From positions 46,874,001 to 46,938,000 of the forward strand of contig CM052817.1 of assembly GCA_028534125.1 (NCBI GenBank): 64,000 nt of DNA, read 5' to 3'. Origin of the DNA: Lama glama. Lineage: Eukaryota. How positions within the stretch are numbered: the first letter of the stretch is position 1; every line of letters starts with the position of its first letter. Of this stretch, positions 51,491 to 63,436 are shown piece after piece. Under the pieces are notes generated by a model that was not told the origin of the DNA, did no database searches, and worked only from the letters and a program-made list of their open reading frames with translations. The translations under genes were made by a program, and so were the position numbers.

Positions 51491-53059
51491 GTTTCTTTTT
51501 TTGTTTGTTTGTTTTCATTTTACTTCAGTGTGGCCAAGGTTTTGTTAGGTCTTTAGGAATAATTTCATTTAAATACATGGCTAAAATAATCCTTAAACAC
51601 ATAAATGACTAAAATTCAAGTTAAATATAGAAATATGCTCTAAAGGACTTCTGAGTGTCTGGTGTTACAGATAATTCAGATTAAGGGTGCTTAGGAAGCA
51701 CAGCTGAGGTCTCTTACTTCTCCAGTTCTGTTTACTAATTAGACAGAGGTTGGTCTTCATTGGGAGGAGAGGAAATAAGCCTTGGGGCAGCCTCTCCAGG
51801 GCAGGCTGATTGGGTGGCTCTCTCACCTTTTCACAAATATTTCTGAACCTGGAACTGGCTGTATTTTACTACTGAGACCCAGCTGGCCAGAGAACTTTGG
51901 GATGGGGCTATATATAACTACTCTTCCCTCTCTGCTTATAGCCTTCCCCTACCTCTCTACTTTCCAAAAGGGGCATTTGAGGTTGGGGCTTGCAGGCTTT
52001 AATTAGAGAAGCTGAATATAGAACTGAGCTGGTGGAGAACATCTCTGCTACTTCCAAGGATCTATGGAGACTCTTTCCTTTTATTTCTGGTGAGGTCTCC
52101 TAGGACACAGATTGACAAGGGGAAGATTGGAAAGGGATAGAATTCAAGCTGAGACTAGACACTGATATGCATCTTTCGGAAGGGAGAATGAGAGGAAAGA
52201 GAGATAGTTTCTTAAAAATAAGGTGTTTTTACTTAATAAGGTAGTTATAAAAAATAAGGTGTGATAGATGCTACACTTCTCACCAAAGTTAGTTTTAACC
52301 GTTTATTTGTGAGTCCATCATCCACTCCTTCCCCTCAGTCCCAATTGATTGAGACTTGACTGCAGCTCATTCCAGATAAAGTTGGGAAAAAATTGGTCAT
52401 TTTTTCTATTGTTTCTTGCTACTATCTGAAGCCCTTTTTAAAATATAATTTATATGCTTTATAGCTACTCATAAGGTATCTTTATCTGAACTGAAGCAAA
52501 TGGTTTATTTAGAACTACATAAATATATATGTATGTATGTTTATGTATGGGTGTATGTGTATATGTTTATATCTAAATAAATAAATGTAAATGGTGTTGT
52601 TTTGAGAATATGTTTATATATAGTTTCTAACTTAGTAGCAGGTTGTTCCTAAAATGTCTGTGAGTTAGTTATTGAAACTTAAAGCTCATTTCCTCATAGA
52701 AATAACTTCAGTGATGATTATCATCCCAGGCTACTAGAACACAAAAGCTAATTTAGTCCATAGTATAAATAATATAACTGGCATGCCTGGGCTCTGGTGA
52801 AAAGGTTGTAGAGAGGATATTCTGGGTGTTGCATTTTAATGGCATCTTTGCTTACCTGCAGCAAGGGTTCTTCTAGTAGCAGCCATTTCTAGGGCAACAG
52901 AGTAAGGAGTAGTACAGCAAAGGTCACTTGGATAATTTGTGTTAGATAGTTGAGGGTGGCTTGTGGCTGATTTTAGTATTGTGCTAATAAATTCATTGCT
53001 ATAAGTTAAATATAACTTCTCAAAATATTTTAAAGTAATCATAGACACTTTTGGTTTAG

Positions 53060-53154
53060 GACACCTAGAGATGGTGCGATTTCTTTTGGAAGCAGGCGCA
53101 GATCAAGAGCATAAAACAGATGAAATGCACACTGCTTTAATGGAGGCTTGTATG
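53060..53154 (+). CDS. ANKRD17: ANKRD17 exon 7 (95 nt): (G)HLEMVRFLLEAGADQEHKTDEMHTALMEACM
   Basis: Not in the ORF track (too short); translated by hand. Acceptor gtttag|GA, donor ATG|gtaaga. Confidence 0.95.
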
Positions 53155-55054
53155 GTAAGACTGGTGAAGTGTATACATGAAATATATTAATATGTTAGCT
53201 AGAGAGAGAGCCATTGTATAGTGAGTGCCTTCTTGGTTCAAAGATTCTGTTTATCATAGACTTATTGTGGAGCAGAACCTTAGCTATCTGAGTAGTGTTC
53301 AGAGTCAGTTGTACAACATTAACTTCTAACAGAGGTGCTTTCTGAAGCTTGACAGCACTATCTTCATTTCCATAGTCTCACATAACTATACTGATTTTAC
53401 ATAATTGACACAAAAAATGACTTTTTAAATAAAACGTTTATCAAGGATATTAAAGAGAACATAATCTGCAGAGTATGCACATAATACTAAATGTAACATG
53501 TTCATCAAACCAGTAATTTATGAAAAATATGAAATTAGAGTATTATTTATGTTACATAATCTCCCTCTATCATGGTCTTTTCTCAGCCCTGATTTCCTTT
53601 TTTAAGAACTCTTTTTTTAGTTTGTACTTGAGAATATGTAATAGTACTCACAAACTTCTGTATCTCGCTCTATGACTTGTGGCACAAAAATGGATCAGAA
53701 TAACATAGACAGATTTATGAGAAAAACATGCCAAAGATAAAAAAGGCCTCAGATGGATTTGAAGTTTCTTGTCTCATCTCCCCTTCAGAGAATGATTATT
53801 GAAAGGATGTTAAATTTTAATTACTAGTTAAAAAAAAAGTTAGGTATCCATTTATCGTTTTTCTTATTGCCATACCAGTGTTTGCTTCAATAAATTATTA
53901 TTTTGAACAAACAAGTTTTCTTGGAGGGTTTTAAGTTCTCCATCTGTTAAAATGAGGATAATATCCTTCTCTAGGGTTGTTGTGAGGATTAAATGACATA
54001 ATGTGTGTAAAACACATCAGTAATATCCCCATGAGAAGGAACTTAAAACGTCCTTGCCACCCTTACTAGAGAAATGACCTGCATGTAGATTAAGAAATTA
54101 AAATGGAATGTTCTGTAGACCTAACCTGCATGCAGTGGAGATAAGTATTATAAGTAGAAGAAAGAGAGTAGTAGGGGCCAGACATTTGGAGGCTTGCTAA
54201 GACATTGAGGTTTTAAATTGGATATTAAAGGAAATGTAGGAGTTGACTATTTATAGAGGGAGAAAACTTATGGAGGGAGAACAGCAAAGTAACCATAGAA
54301 ATAGGACATTAAAGTTGTGTAATATGGCAAGTACCAAGACAAAGATGGGCATGACATGTTCAAAAGAAGATGAAATGTCTGTGAGGTAATAAATAGAAGG
54401 AAAAAGTGTATCAAAGGAAGAAAAAAGATCCTTGGAGTTGTCAGTAGTTAGGAAAGCTGTGGGAAAGGGAGATCAGTAAAGGAAGCAGAAGATATTAAAA
54501 GAAATTCTTTTCTTTTTCTTAATTTTCACTGGCATTTGAATGTTGAGCAACAAAAGAAGTGCTTTGTACATATTTTTTTCCCCTTTTCCTAACACAACAT
54601 GCTCAATTCCCCCACTGCTCCAAAAAGTACTGCATTTTTCTTTTTCTAACTAATCATAAATTGGCTTGTCCTTCAGGTTTCTATGAAAATCCTACCTTCC
54701 CTTTCTAAACTTTACCCTTTTAGCATTTAGGCTTATAATATGTAGTGTTGATGTTATCTCACAGTAGTCTCTTGTTTCGTATACTTACTGTGTTTTTTTT
54801 TCCTGATGGTTAATGAACTTCTTGATTGAAGGTATCATTTTCTACATGTTTTATATTCTCGATCTCTACTTACTACTTTATACTAAAGGTATAGATAATT
54901 CTTAATAAATACTTGCTTACTTAACTGTTAAATGCAGATTTGTTAATTCTTATTTGAATGTAGATCAGTAAACTTCAGTGTATAGCAACTGAAAAGTATT
55001 TTTAAAGCTTTTTTTAATGGTGCTGATTTAATTTTTTGATTGCATTATAATTAG

Positions 55055-55292
55055 GATGGCCATGTTGAAGTAGCTAGGTTACTTCTTGACAGTGGTGCCC
55101 AAGTGAACATGCCTGCTGATTCATTTGAATCACCATTGACTTTGGCTGCATGTGGTGGGCATGTGGAGCTTGCAGCTTTACTTATTGAAAGAGGAGCTAG
55201 CCTGGAAGAGGTCAATGATGAAGGTTATACACCACTGATGGAAGCAGCTCGTGAAGGACATGAAGAAATGGTGGCGTTACTTCTAGGACAAG
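55055..55292 (+). CDS. ANKRD17: ANKRD17 exon 8 (238 nt): DGHVEVARLLLDSGAQVNMPADSFESPLTLAACGG...MVALLLGQ(G)
   Basis: Acceptor aattag|GA, donor AAG|gtaacc; overlaps ORF 55103..55318. Confidence 0.95.
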
Positions 55293-55959
55293 GTAACCAA
55301 TACCAGTCAAGACACTAAAGCATATATGTGTAAGATGTAGGATTATAATTTTATAAAAATTGTATTTCATTAATTTTTACTTCTAGTAGATTTGTAATGA
55401 GGTCCTATCACAAAAACTAAAGTATTTGCTTTGAAAGTAGCTCCCATACTGTGCTAATAAACAAAACCAAATGAATGTCTTTAGTATAGAGCTTTTAGAG
55501 ATCCGTGTGCTGTGTAAATAAAAATAAGGACTAGGGCTGGGGTAGGGTTGTAGGTTATATAGGAGCGTATATGATACTCAACATTTCTGCAGCTAATACA
55601 TTGAGAGACTGACTCTTGGGGCAGAATAACTATTAGTAAATATTTGATGTTTCTAGTCTTCCATAAAATGCAGTATGGGAAATCTGCCATAAGGTCTAAC
55701 TAGATGAAAATGCAAGAATGCACATATAAGAGGCTGTCAAGGAGCTCAGTACACACTGGGCTTCTCTTTTGGGAAAAGTGAGTTACTTTACCGTATTAAG
55801 GTACCTTAAATTTAGAAGTAATCTCCCATCTCTATCCATATTTGTAGCTTAATTTTATATCTATCATAGTAGTGAAGATTTTGTTTGGACAAATTTAAGA
55901 GGAACGGCACATTTTTTAAAAACCTTTTTTACTGAAAGGTAATGTCTAGAATACAGAAT

Positions 55960-56300
55960 TTTAAAAGCATAGTTTTTGAAGCAGACTTCGTAGATTTGAA
56001 TCAAACCTACTGCTTGCTAATTTTGTTACTTGAGGCAAATTTCTAACCTCTGTACCTCAATTTTTTTTCTTCTGTAGGGTTGTTGTGAGAGTATTATATA
56101 TTTATATAAAGCTTTTAGAACACTGTCATATAGTGCCTGTTAAGTATTAGCTGTGGTGATGGTGATAGTAGTGATAATTATAATGTTGTCATGACCTTGG
56201 ACAAGTTAATTAACCTGAGTTTCCTTAGCTATAAAATAGAGCTAATAATAATATGTAAAAGTGCTTTCAATATTACCTGAGAAATAATAGCATAGTCAAT
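55960..56300 (+). mobile_element. MIR SINE remnants (two fragments)
   Basis: ttacttgaggcaaatttctaacctctgtacctcaattt and tgaccttggacaagttaattaacctgagtttcctt core motifs. Confidence 0.6.
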
Positions 56301-56639
56301 ATTATTTATTATTATTGTCATCAACATCTTTATCTTCATTATGTTGAATCTTTATAATGAAGGAATGTGGTTTATTTTCTAAGTTCTTGTATCACCCAGC
56401 TTTTATCTTCTGGCTGAATAAATCCTATTCCAGCAGTGTACATCAAACAGGGGTATGGTTTTGATAGTTTTTTTTTTTTTTTTAACTGTCTCCTGGAGTA
56501 GGGGAGAGGCACTTTATCATTTAGTAAAGTAATATATATGTTCACTTTTGAAGTATAGTTTACTAGGAAATAATCATGTTTTATTTATCTCTGGAATAAG
56601 TTAATGACTTTCTTTAAGTAATTAGAATCTTTATTTTAG

Positions 56640-56831
56640 GAGCAAATATCAATGCACAGACAGAAGAAACTCAAGAAACTGCCTTGACTCTGGCTTGCTG
56701 TGGAGGCTTTCTGGAAGTGGCTGACTTTCTCATTAAGGCAGGAGCTGATATAGAACTAGGGTGTTCTACCCCTTTAATGGAAGCTGCGCAAGAGGGCCAT
56801 TTGGAGTTAGTTAAATACTTGTTAGCTGCAG
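56640..56831 (+). CDS. ANKRD17: ANKRD17 exon 9 (192 nt): (G)ANINAQTEETQETALTLACCGGFLEVADFL...LVKYLLAA(G)
   Basis: Acceptor attttag|GA, donor CAG|gtaggc. Confidence 0.95.
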
Positions 56832-57180
56832 GTAGGCATTTTTGCATTTGGGAGAAGTTTTTTTATATGATTTATTTAAGTACAAATATTATAATGCAAT
56901 GTGTACAGAAAAATAATGTGATAAATTTTTGTGTGTATTCTGAATAAATAATTTACCTATTGCTGGTTGAATTATCTGCAGCTTTAATTTTAAGCAGTAA
57001 TCTATTTCTATTTTTTTTCTTTTTTGCTTTTAAAGATGCTGACAATATTTTCTATTTGTAGAAATGGATAAGGCTATTTTGTCTAATTTGAGAAGATATG
57101 GCTTATCTAGATAAATTTCAGTATCCACTTCTGTGTCTTGTGATTCTTTTATTAAGGCTGTGTATCTAACACTACTGCAG

Positions 57181-57290
57181 GAGCTAATGTTCATGCAACA
57201 ACAGCAACAGGGGACACAGCACTAACATATGCCTGTGAAAATGGTCATACTGATGTAGCAGATGTCTTACTTCAGGCAGGAGCAGATCTG
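57181..57290 (+). CDS. ANKRD17: ANKRD17 exon 10 (110 nt): (G)ANVHATTATGDTALTYACENGHTDVADVLLQAGADL
   Basis: Branch-like ctaac then ctgcag|GA; donor CTG|gtaagc; translated by hand. Confidence 0.95.
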
Positions 57291-59155
57291 GTAAGCCATG
57301 TCACTTTCTAAACCTTAATATTTAAAACTAAGACAAGAAATTAATTTAAAATTCTATGGAGATTATAGACAAAAGGTTTTTCTTTACTTCTAATTTTATG
57401 TTGGCCTTTTTGCCATTCTTTATCTAAATTTAGTCACATTTTTTTCCCTACACTATTTGGTGTCCATTCTTATTTTCTTTATTAGCAGTACTATCCAATT
57501 TACTACACTTTCCCTCTAAAAAAAGAGGAAATTTTGAGTTCAGTATGTTAATAATTAATACAGATTTTCACTTAAATACTTAGCTATTTTTAGAAGCTTT
57601 TCTGATTTGATATAAAAAGGCAAACATAGCTTAGAGGCATTTCACTGTAGCTTAGGAAATCAATTGTTCCTGTATCAGAGCATTATTAAATAATAAAGGA
57701 GTTAAAAAGATAAGTATTTAATAAATAACATTTCCCCTCAGATAACTAAATTGAGTAAGAAGTTTGAAAAACGGGGGTCATTATAAGATATATTATAAAA
57801 GGATGTCATAGGGAAAGTACAGAGAGTAAAGAAGCTCAGAGGAGGTGAAGACATCATCTGAGATGTTTTTGGGCTAGGTAAGGGTTGGAAAGGTAGGTGT
57901 TGCAATGTTGTGACAAAAGAGATTCTCCAGTTGGAAGAAATAGTATGAGTACAGCCTGAGAGGTAGGGAAGAATAAAGCAGATGTGTGTGAGGAAAATAG
58001 TCTTCCAGTTTAGCCTGTAAGGGAGTAAGAAAGGTAGACTTTAGTTAAGACATAAGCATCCATGTGTTCAGTGGGGCTGAGATTAACAAGCCAATGTGTT
58101 TTCCTCTGGAAGTTCATAGTTTATAGCAGAAATTCACATGCAGGTGAAAACAGGCTCCTCCATTAACTGGCTTCTTAAACTTAAATTTTATTTAACTTTT
58201 TTTTTCTCATTTATGAGAGGAGAGGGTTAAATTAGATTACTATTGTGGCCTCTTTCTGCTCTGTGTTGGTGCAACTCTTAGAGAACTTATGACACACATT
58301 ATATTAGTCTAACTAATTACATGCATATTTCTCCTTATTAGGTTTTAAGCTTCCTCAGCCTAGGAACTTTATTTCCAGTATTTACCACAGTGGCTGTGGA
58401 ACATATAGCAATATAATCTTACTTGGTTAATTGCAATTAAAACAACTTAGTGTATGACTTAAGAGAAAAATTATCATATGTAAAAAATATTTATATATAA
58501 AATGCTTTATAAAAGGTATTTTTTCTCAAACCTTTATACTGTAAGATTGGAACATTTTTCCTATGCTAATAATATCAATTGTAATAATGCAATTGGTTCT
58601 CCATTCTCTTGAGACCCATAAATCTCTAGTCATATCTTATAATTGATGGTATTAGAGATATTTAAATTATCACTAGCCTTGTTATTTTTATGAAAGCTAA
58701 AATAGAGTTAATGGGAAGTCTGTAAAGAGAGGGAGTGATGTACTTAGAGAAATTCACACAGATAGAATACACATTTACAAGAAGAAAATCAATTGTAGTA
58801 GATGAGGATAATGCCAATAATGTTGATTTTTGGAGAGGGCTGTGCTAGAGTGCCATTCACTGTTGAAGTTCCACAATCCTTTTTGTAGAGAGAGGAAAAA
58901 TTACCTGGATAGATTTATTTAGATGAGAGCATAACAATCATGTGAATATAACTGTAGTTCCTAAATTATTTCCATAGAATGTTTCTAATTTGAGATTGTT
59001 TAAATTAAAAAATGTATTCCTTAATTTGCTTCAAAGCATGTTACTTAATATATTTAGATTCAAAAATTAGTCCAATTCTTTTCCTTTTGATTTTCTTGAA
59101 AAAGAACAATCGTTCTCTAGAAAATAACTATCAAGTAAATGTGTTTTTTAAACAG

Positions 59156-59243
59156 GAACATGAGTCTGAAGGTGGAAGAACTCCTTTAATGAAAGCTGCA
59201 AGAGCTGGTCATGTTTGTACCGTTCAGTTCTTAATTAGTAAAG
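59156..59243 (+). CDS. ANKRD17: ANKRD17 exon 11 (88 nt): EHESEGGRTPLMKAARAGHVCTVQFLISK(G)
   Basis: Acceptor aaacag|GA, donor AAG|gtaggt. Confidence 0.95.
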
Positions 59244-60778
59244 GTAGGTTTGTGTAAAGCAGTAATTTTTCCTAGAAGTGTCTATCCCCTGCCCTTGGGT
59301 ATTGAGAGATTTAGAGGTAAAGGACATTTTGAGGTATCACATGGTAAAGGGATGCTGTTGAGATTTTGTGATTGCGTAGTTGATAAACATCCTACAACAC
59401 ATAGAACCATTCCAAAATATGAAGAGTTGACATATCAAGTACCATCTTTATTGAAAAACATTTCAATAAAGACAAATTTCTTCTGTAAAACTTTGAGGGT
59501 TTGGATAGCTTAAAGTCTGTTCTGTTCATGTAATAATATATCTTGAAACCTGGATTTTTATATTTCTGCCACTGATTAACTTGATGGCAAATCACTTTTC
59601 TAATTTATATTTCCTTGGGCCTAAGTCTCCTTCTTTGTAAAATACATGGAAGTGGTCATAAATATAGCACCAAAAACAAAAGTTCAAAATTGAAATGGAA
59701 CAAATATGCCAAAATGCATGGAAGATTTTCATTCATGGTCATTAATTCTACTTTGAATACCAAAATCTTTAATAACAAAAGTAGCATATTATTACTTCCT
59801 TTAAATTGTTTTCTTAGATGTTTACTATATAAGTTCAAGTTAAAATTTTTTCATAAACTTAAATATAAGAGATTAAAGATTTCATCATACTCTAAGTGTA
59901 GGAGACTAAAGATTTTACCTTTGATTCAACATTGTAATCAGAGAGACTGTGTAGGTCATATAAAATTAAAAAGGCAATAAGTGCTGTTTTCTTTTTACCA
60001 AAAATACTAAAGAAATCTCAAGTTTTAATTGTTTATAGATAACTAAAATAAGTCAGAAGTAACTTGCTGGTCAAACTGCTTTAGGCAATTCGAACACTTA
60101 CTTGTGGTATGTGTTTATAAATAACACATTGTATTCTCAAGAATGGAATTATTTTCAGTCATTATTGCCTCTCTTTTTTGGTTAATTTTAATAACTCTGA
60201 TTTCAGTTTCTTCCTGTTATTTGATTTCTATTTCCCACACTCATAGCACAGTGCTTCAAATCAGGGATGAATTCATATTTAGGGGGAAATAGGCTTGTTT
60301 TTATTCTGATATTTCACAATAAAAATGGATTATACTACTGTTACTTTCTATTTTTTGTTAATTCTCTCCATATATTGCCCATAGAGGGCAGTGTGGTTTA
60401 TTTTGACTGGTTTTTGGTCATCTTTCCCACAGAAGATATTAAAATGTGGATAAAATGTTATATTTTACTTTTTTAAAACAATGATTATATTAGGAGTAAT
60501 ATATACTTTTATCATCATCTTTTAATGGTACGTACGGAAATATTTATGCATGAAATTATATCATGTTTGAGATTTGCTTTAGAAATAATTCAAGGTGGGG
60601 AGGAGAATTGATGTGGCTATATGTAAAATGAGATTAGCCTTGTTTATCATCATTGAAGCTGGGTAATGGGTATGTGGGACTTGATTATACTGTTTTCTCT
60701 ACTCTTTGATTTTGAAATTTACCATAATTTAAGAAACCACATTCTATTAAACAATATTCCATGCCTTGTCTGTTTTAG

Positions 60779-60906
60779 GAGCAAATGTGAATAGAACCAC
60801 AGCTAATAATGACCATACTGTACTATCCCTGGCTTGTGCAGGGGGTCACCTGGCAGTGGTGGAACTACTTTTGGCTCATGGGGCAGATCCTACTCACCGT
60901 TTAAAA
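60779..60906 (+). CDS. ANKRD17: ANKRD17 exon 12 (128 nt): (G)ANVNRTTANNDHTVLSLACAGGHLAVVELLLAHGADPTHRLK
   Basis: Acceptor gttttag|GA, donor AAA|gtatgt; translated by hand. Confidence 0.95.
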
Positions 60907-61159
60907 GTATGTAACTCCAGTGTTTTAAGTAGCATTGTGAATTAATCTTTACTCTTGAGCTTAACAAAATATTATCAAAAGTTCCACTTACATTAACATC
61001 ATCATTGTTTTCATTGTCTTCTGCTTTTAGAGGAAAGTGTTCTTTACCAAACCTTAAATTTTAATGTGTCTGGGGCCTGTTGGCTTTATCTTCCTTACTG
61101 GTTCTGTAAATTAACTTTAAAAAAATTTTTTTTTTCCTCTCCCATATCCACTCTTTTAG

Positions 61160-61303
61160 GATGGCTCGACTATGTTGATAGAAGCAGCAAAAGGTGGCCA
61201 TACAAGCGTTGTTTGCTATCTTTTGGACTACCCTAATAACTTGCTTTCAGCCCCTCCACCAGATGTCACTCAGTTAACCCCCCCATCCCACGATTTAAAT
61301 AGG
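61160..61303 (+). CDS. ANKRD17: ANKRD17 exon 13 (144 nt): DGSTMLIEAAKGGHTSVVCYLLDYPNNLLSAPPPDVTQLTPPSHDLNR
   Basis: Acceptor cttttag|GA, donor AGG|gtaaga; last ankyrin repeat of the cluster, then a Pro-rich segment. Confidence 0.95.
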
Positions 61304-61494
61304 GTAAGATTCTAAACTAAAACATTTTATATCATCTTTATCCCTGCCTTTGCTCATAGTTCCAGATTAAACTAGATTGATTGTTTTTTGTAATTAATAT
61401 GTGGTTCTCTTTAGAGATACGTACTTGATATGGTTAATGAACATCGGGTATAATAGTTAAATTCTAGATTGATATGATTTTGCATTGCTTTCTT

Positions 61495-61637
61495 TTTTTT
61501 TAATATAAAAGGCATTGTTTTATTTTTTTGTGGTGGGAGGTAACTGGTTTATTTACTTAATGGAAGTACTAGGGATTGAACCCAGGACCTCAGTCATGCT
61601 AGGCAGGTACTCTACCACTGAGCTATACCCTTCCCCC
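61495..61637 (-). mobile_element. tRNA-Ala-derived SINE (long form)
   Basis: Minus strand ggggaagggtatagctcagtggtagagtacctgcctagcatgactgaggtcctgggttcaatccctagtacttcc; TSD core ttgctttctt at 61485-61494 and 61642-61651. Confidence 0.92.
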
Positions 61638-61868
61638 TGTTTTGCTTTCTTACTATGGCCATAATAACCTTTTGAATTCAAAGTCCATTAAAAAAAATCA
61701 CAGAAAATAATTTGGTACCAGCATATTTTAAGGAAATAAGTTACTGTCTGATATTGTCATAGCAAAATTGTTTGGAATAGATCTCTGTAACTTATTCTTT
61801 ATTTAAAGCATCTTATATAATGGAAGTTGTAGGAAAAGCAGAAATATAATCAGTTTTATTTGTGTTAG

Positions 61869-61971
61869 GCTCCTCGTGTACCAGTTCAAGCACTGCCCAT
61901 GGTTGTCCCACCTCAGGAGCCTGACAAACCACCTGCCAATGTTGCCACTACTCTTCCCATCAGGAATAAAG
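61869..61971 (+). CDS. ANKRD17: ANKRD17 exon 14 (103 nt): APRVPVQALPMVVPPQEPDKPPANVATTLPIRNK(A)
   Basis: Acceptor gtgttag|GC, donor AAG|gtcagt; the ORF-track call 61876..62067 is a different frame. Confidence 0.94.
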
Positions 61972-63436
61972 GTCAGTTATACTTCTAAAAACTGTTTCTT
62001 ACATGTTGTCCAAGTAAAAATGATAAGATTACCAAATTATTTTTCCACAAAAAATGAATTTTACTAGGTTGGCATAATTAAGGAATTTTTTTACCAATGA
62101 AGAAAGGATGTTATTGGGAGAGAAGATAGTTAATAGTACTAGTTTGTGCTGGAATCAGAAGTATTAGCAGTAGAAATTCAGATGCTCATCTTTGGTGCAA
62201 TTCTGATTATCCATAATTTTCTCTAATAACTAGTGATTTCTACTCATGTTAAAATGTTAGGCTGGTATAATTGGGTGACATTTTTGTAAATTACTAAAAT
62301 TTCTGAGTGATATAAGGCATAAGATTAACAAGCTAGATGAAAATTAAATTTTACTTTAGAATAACTGGTTTAATGTAGATTTTATATCTGGAATACCTTT
62401 TCTCAACCAACAATTGAAATTTACTTCAGATATGCTTGTTTGTTTCTCTAGAACTCTGAGGTCCATATTTGACTTGTGGATGTTATACCATGCATGTTTA
62501 TAAGTTATATCCCAGAAGATTACAGCTACCAGTTTGAATCAGTTTTTCTTTTTAAAAGTTTTACTTGAGGAACCAGTGTGGTTTTAATTTTTTGGTTTCT
62601 GGCTACCTATATTATTTTACCAACGAGAACCCTAAGTATTTCCACCAATTCTTTTCAATCACCACTACCAATCTAGAGCCTTGTACCTTTTTGACTTGGT
62701 ATAGCAAACAAATGATTGCTATACCCATAGCCAGATATGTTTATTCACCTGGCTGTCAGGAGATAACAGTGGATGTCATAGTTCAGCAACTTTTCTTCCA
62801 GGGAAATTGAGTCCCAGTTCTCTACTGGCCAGGTAGCTTCGTGAATATGTGAATTTATATCTTACCTTTATCAGTCTTGAAGATGGTAGGCCCCAGCAAA
62901 GACATATATTTTAGTTGGAGTTTAATTTCCTGGTACTTCTCAATGCTTTTGGGTACTCTTTGTGTGTATGTGTGTGTGTTTAAAAGGCACAGACTATTAA
63001 ATGTAGAAAAACTTTGACTTAGAGGTTTAAGTTTTCCCTACATCTTAATAATTTAGCATAATTTTTTTGTTCTTATGATAAGTTTTTACATCTTTATGGT
63101 CAGATGAGGTATCTGTCTACACAGCCTTAGATTTTACTTTTATTGCACCACTTAGATATCACAAACCTGCATCCCTCTATTGTCTAATTTTAGCCATGTA
63201 ATATTTTTAAAATTCTGAAATTAATTTCCCAAAGATTCCTCTATGCACATAAAATACATACATTTTATATTTATGATAAAGAAGGTGGATTTGTTTTTAA
63301 TTCCTTAACAGTGCATTTCACCTTCTATGGATATAATGACTTGGTGCATAACTGTTGGCACTAAACCTCCCAACAGTAACTCTGTAATGAGGATGCCATT
63401 CATGTGCACTTCTGAGGGGGTTTCTTTTTCACACAG

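Noticed and set aside
59244..59470. Truncated isoform by read-through of exon 11 (GRFV-stop) and AATAAA at 59465
   Set aside because: Nearby stops and AATAAA hexamers are expected by chance in such AT-rich introns; unsupported without 3'-end data.
60907..61159. U12-type intron (ttccttac at ~61091 resembles the U12 branch site)
   Set aside because: The donor is gtatgt, not gtatcct; all introns here look U2-type GT-AG.
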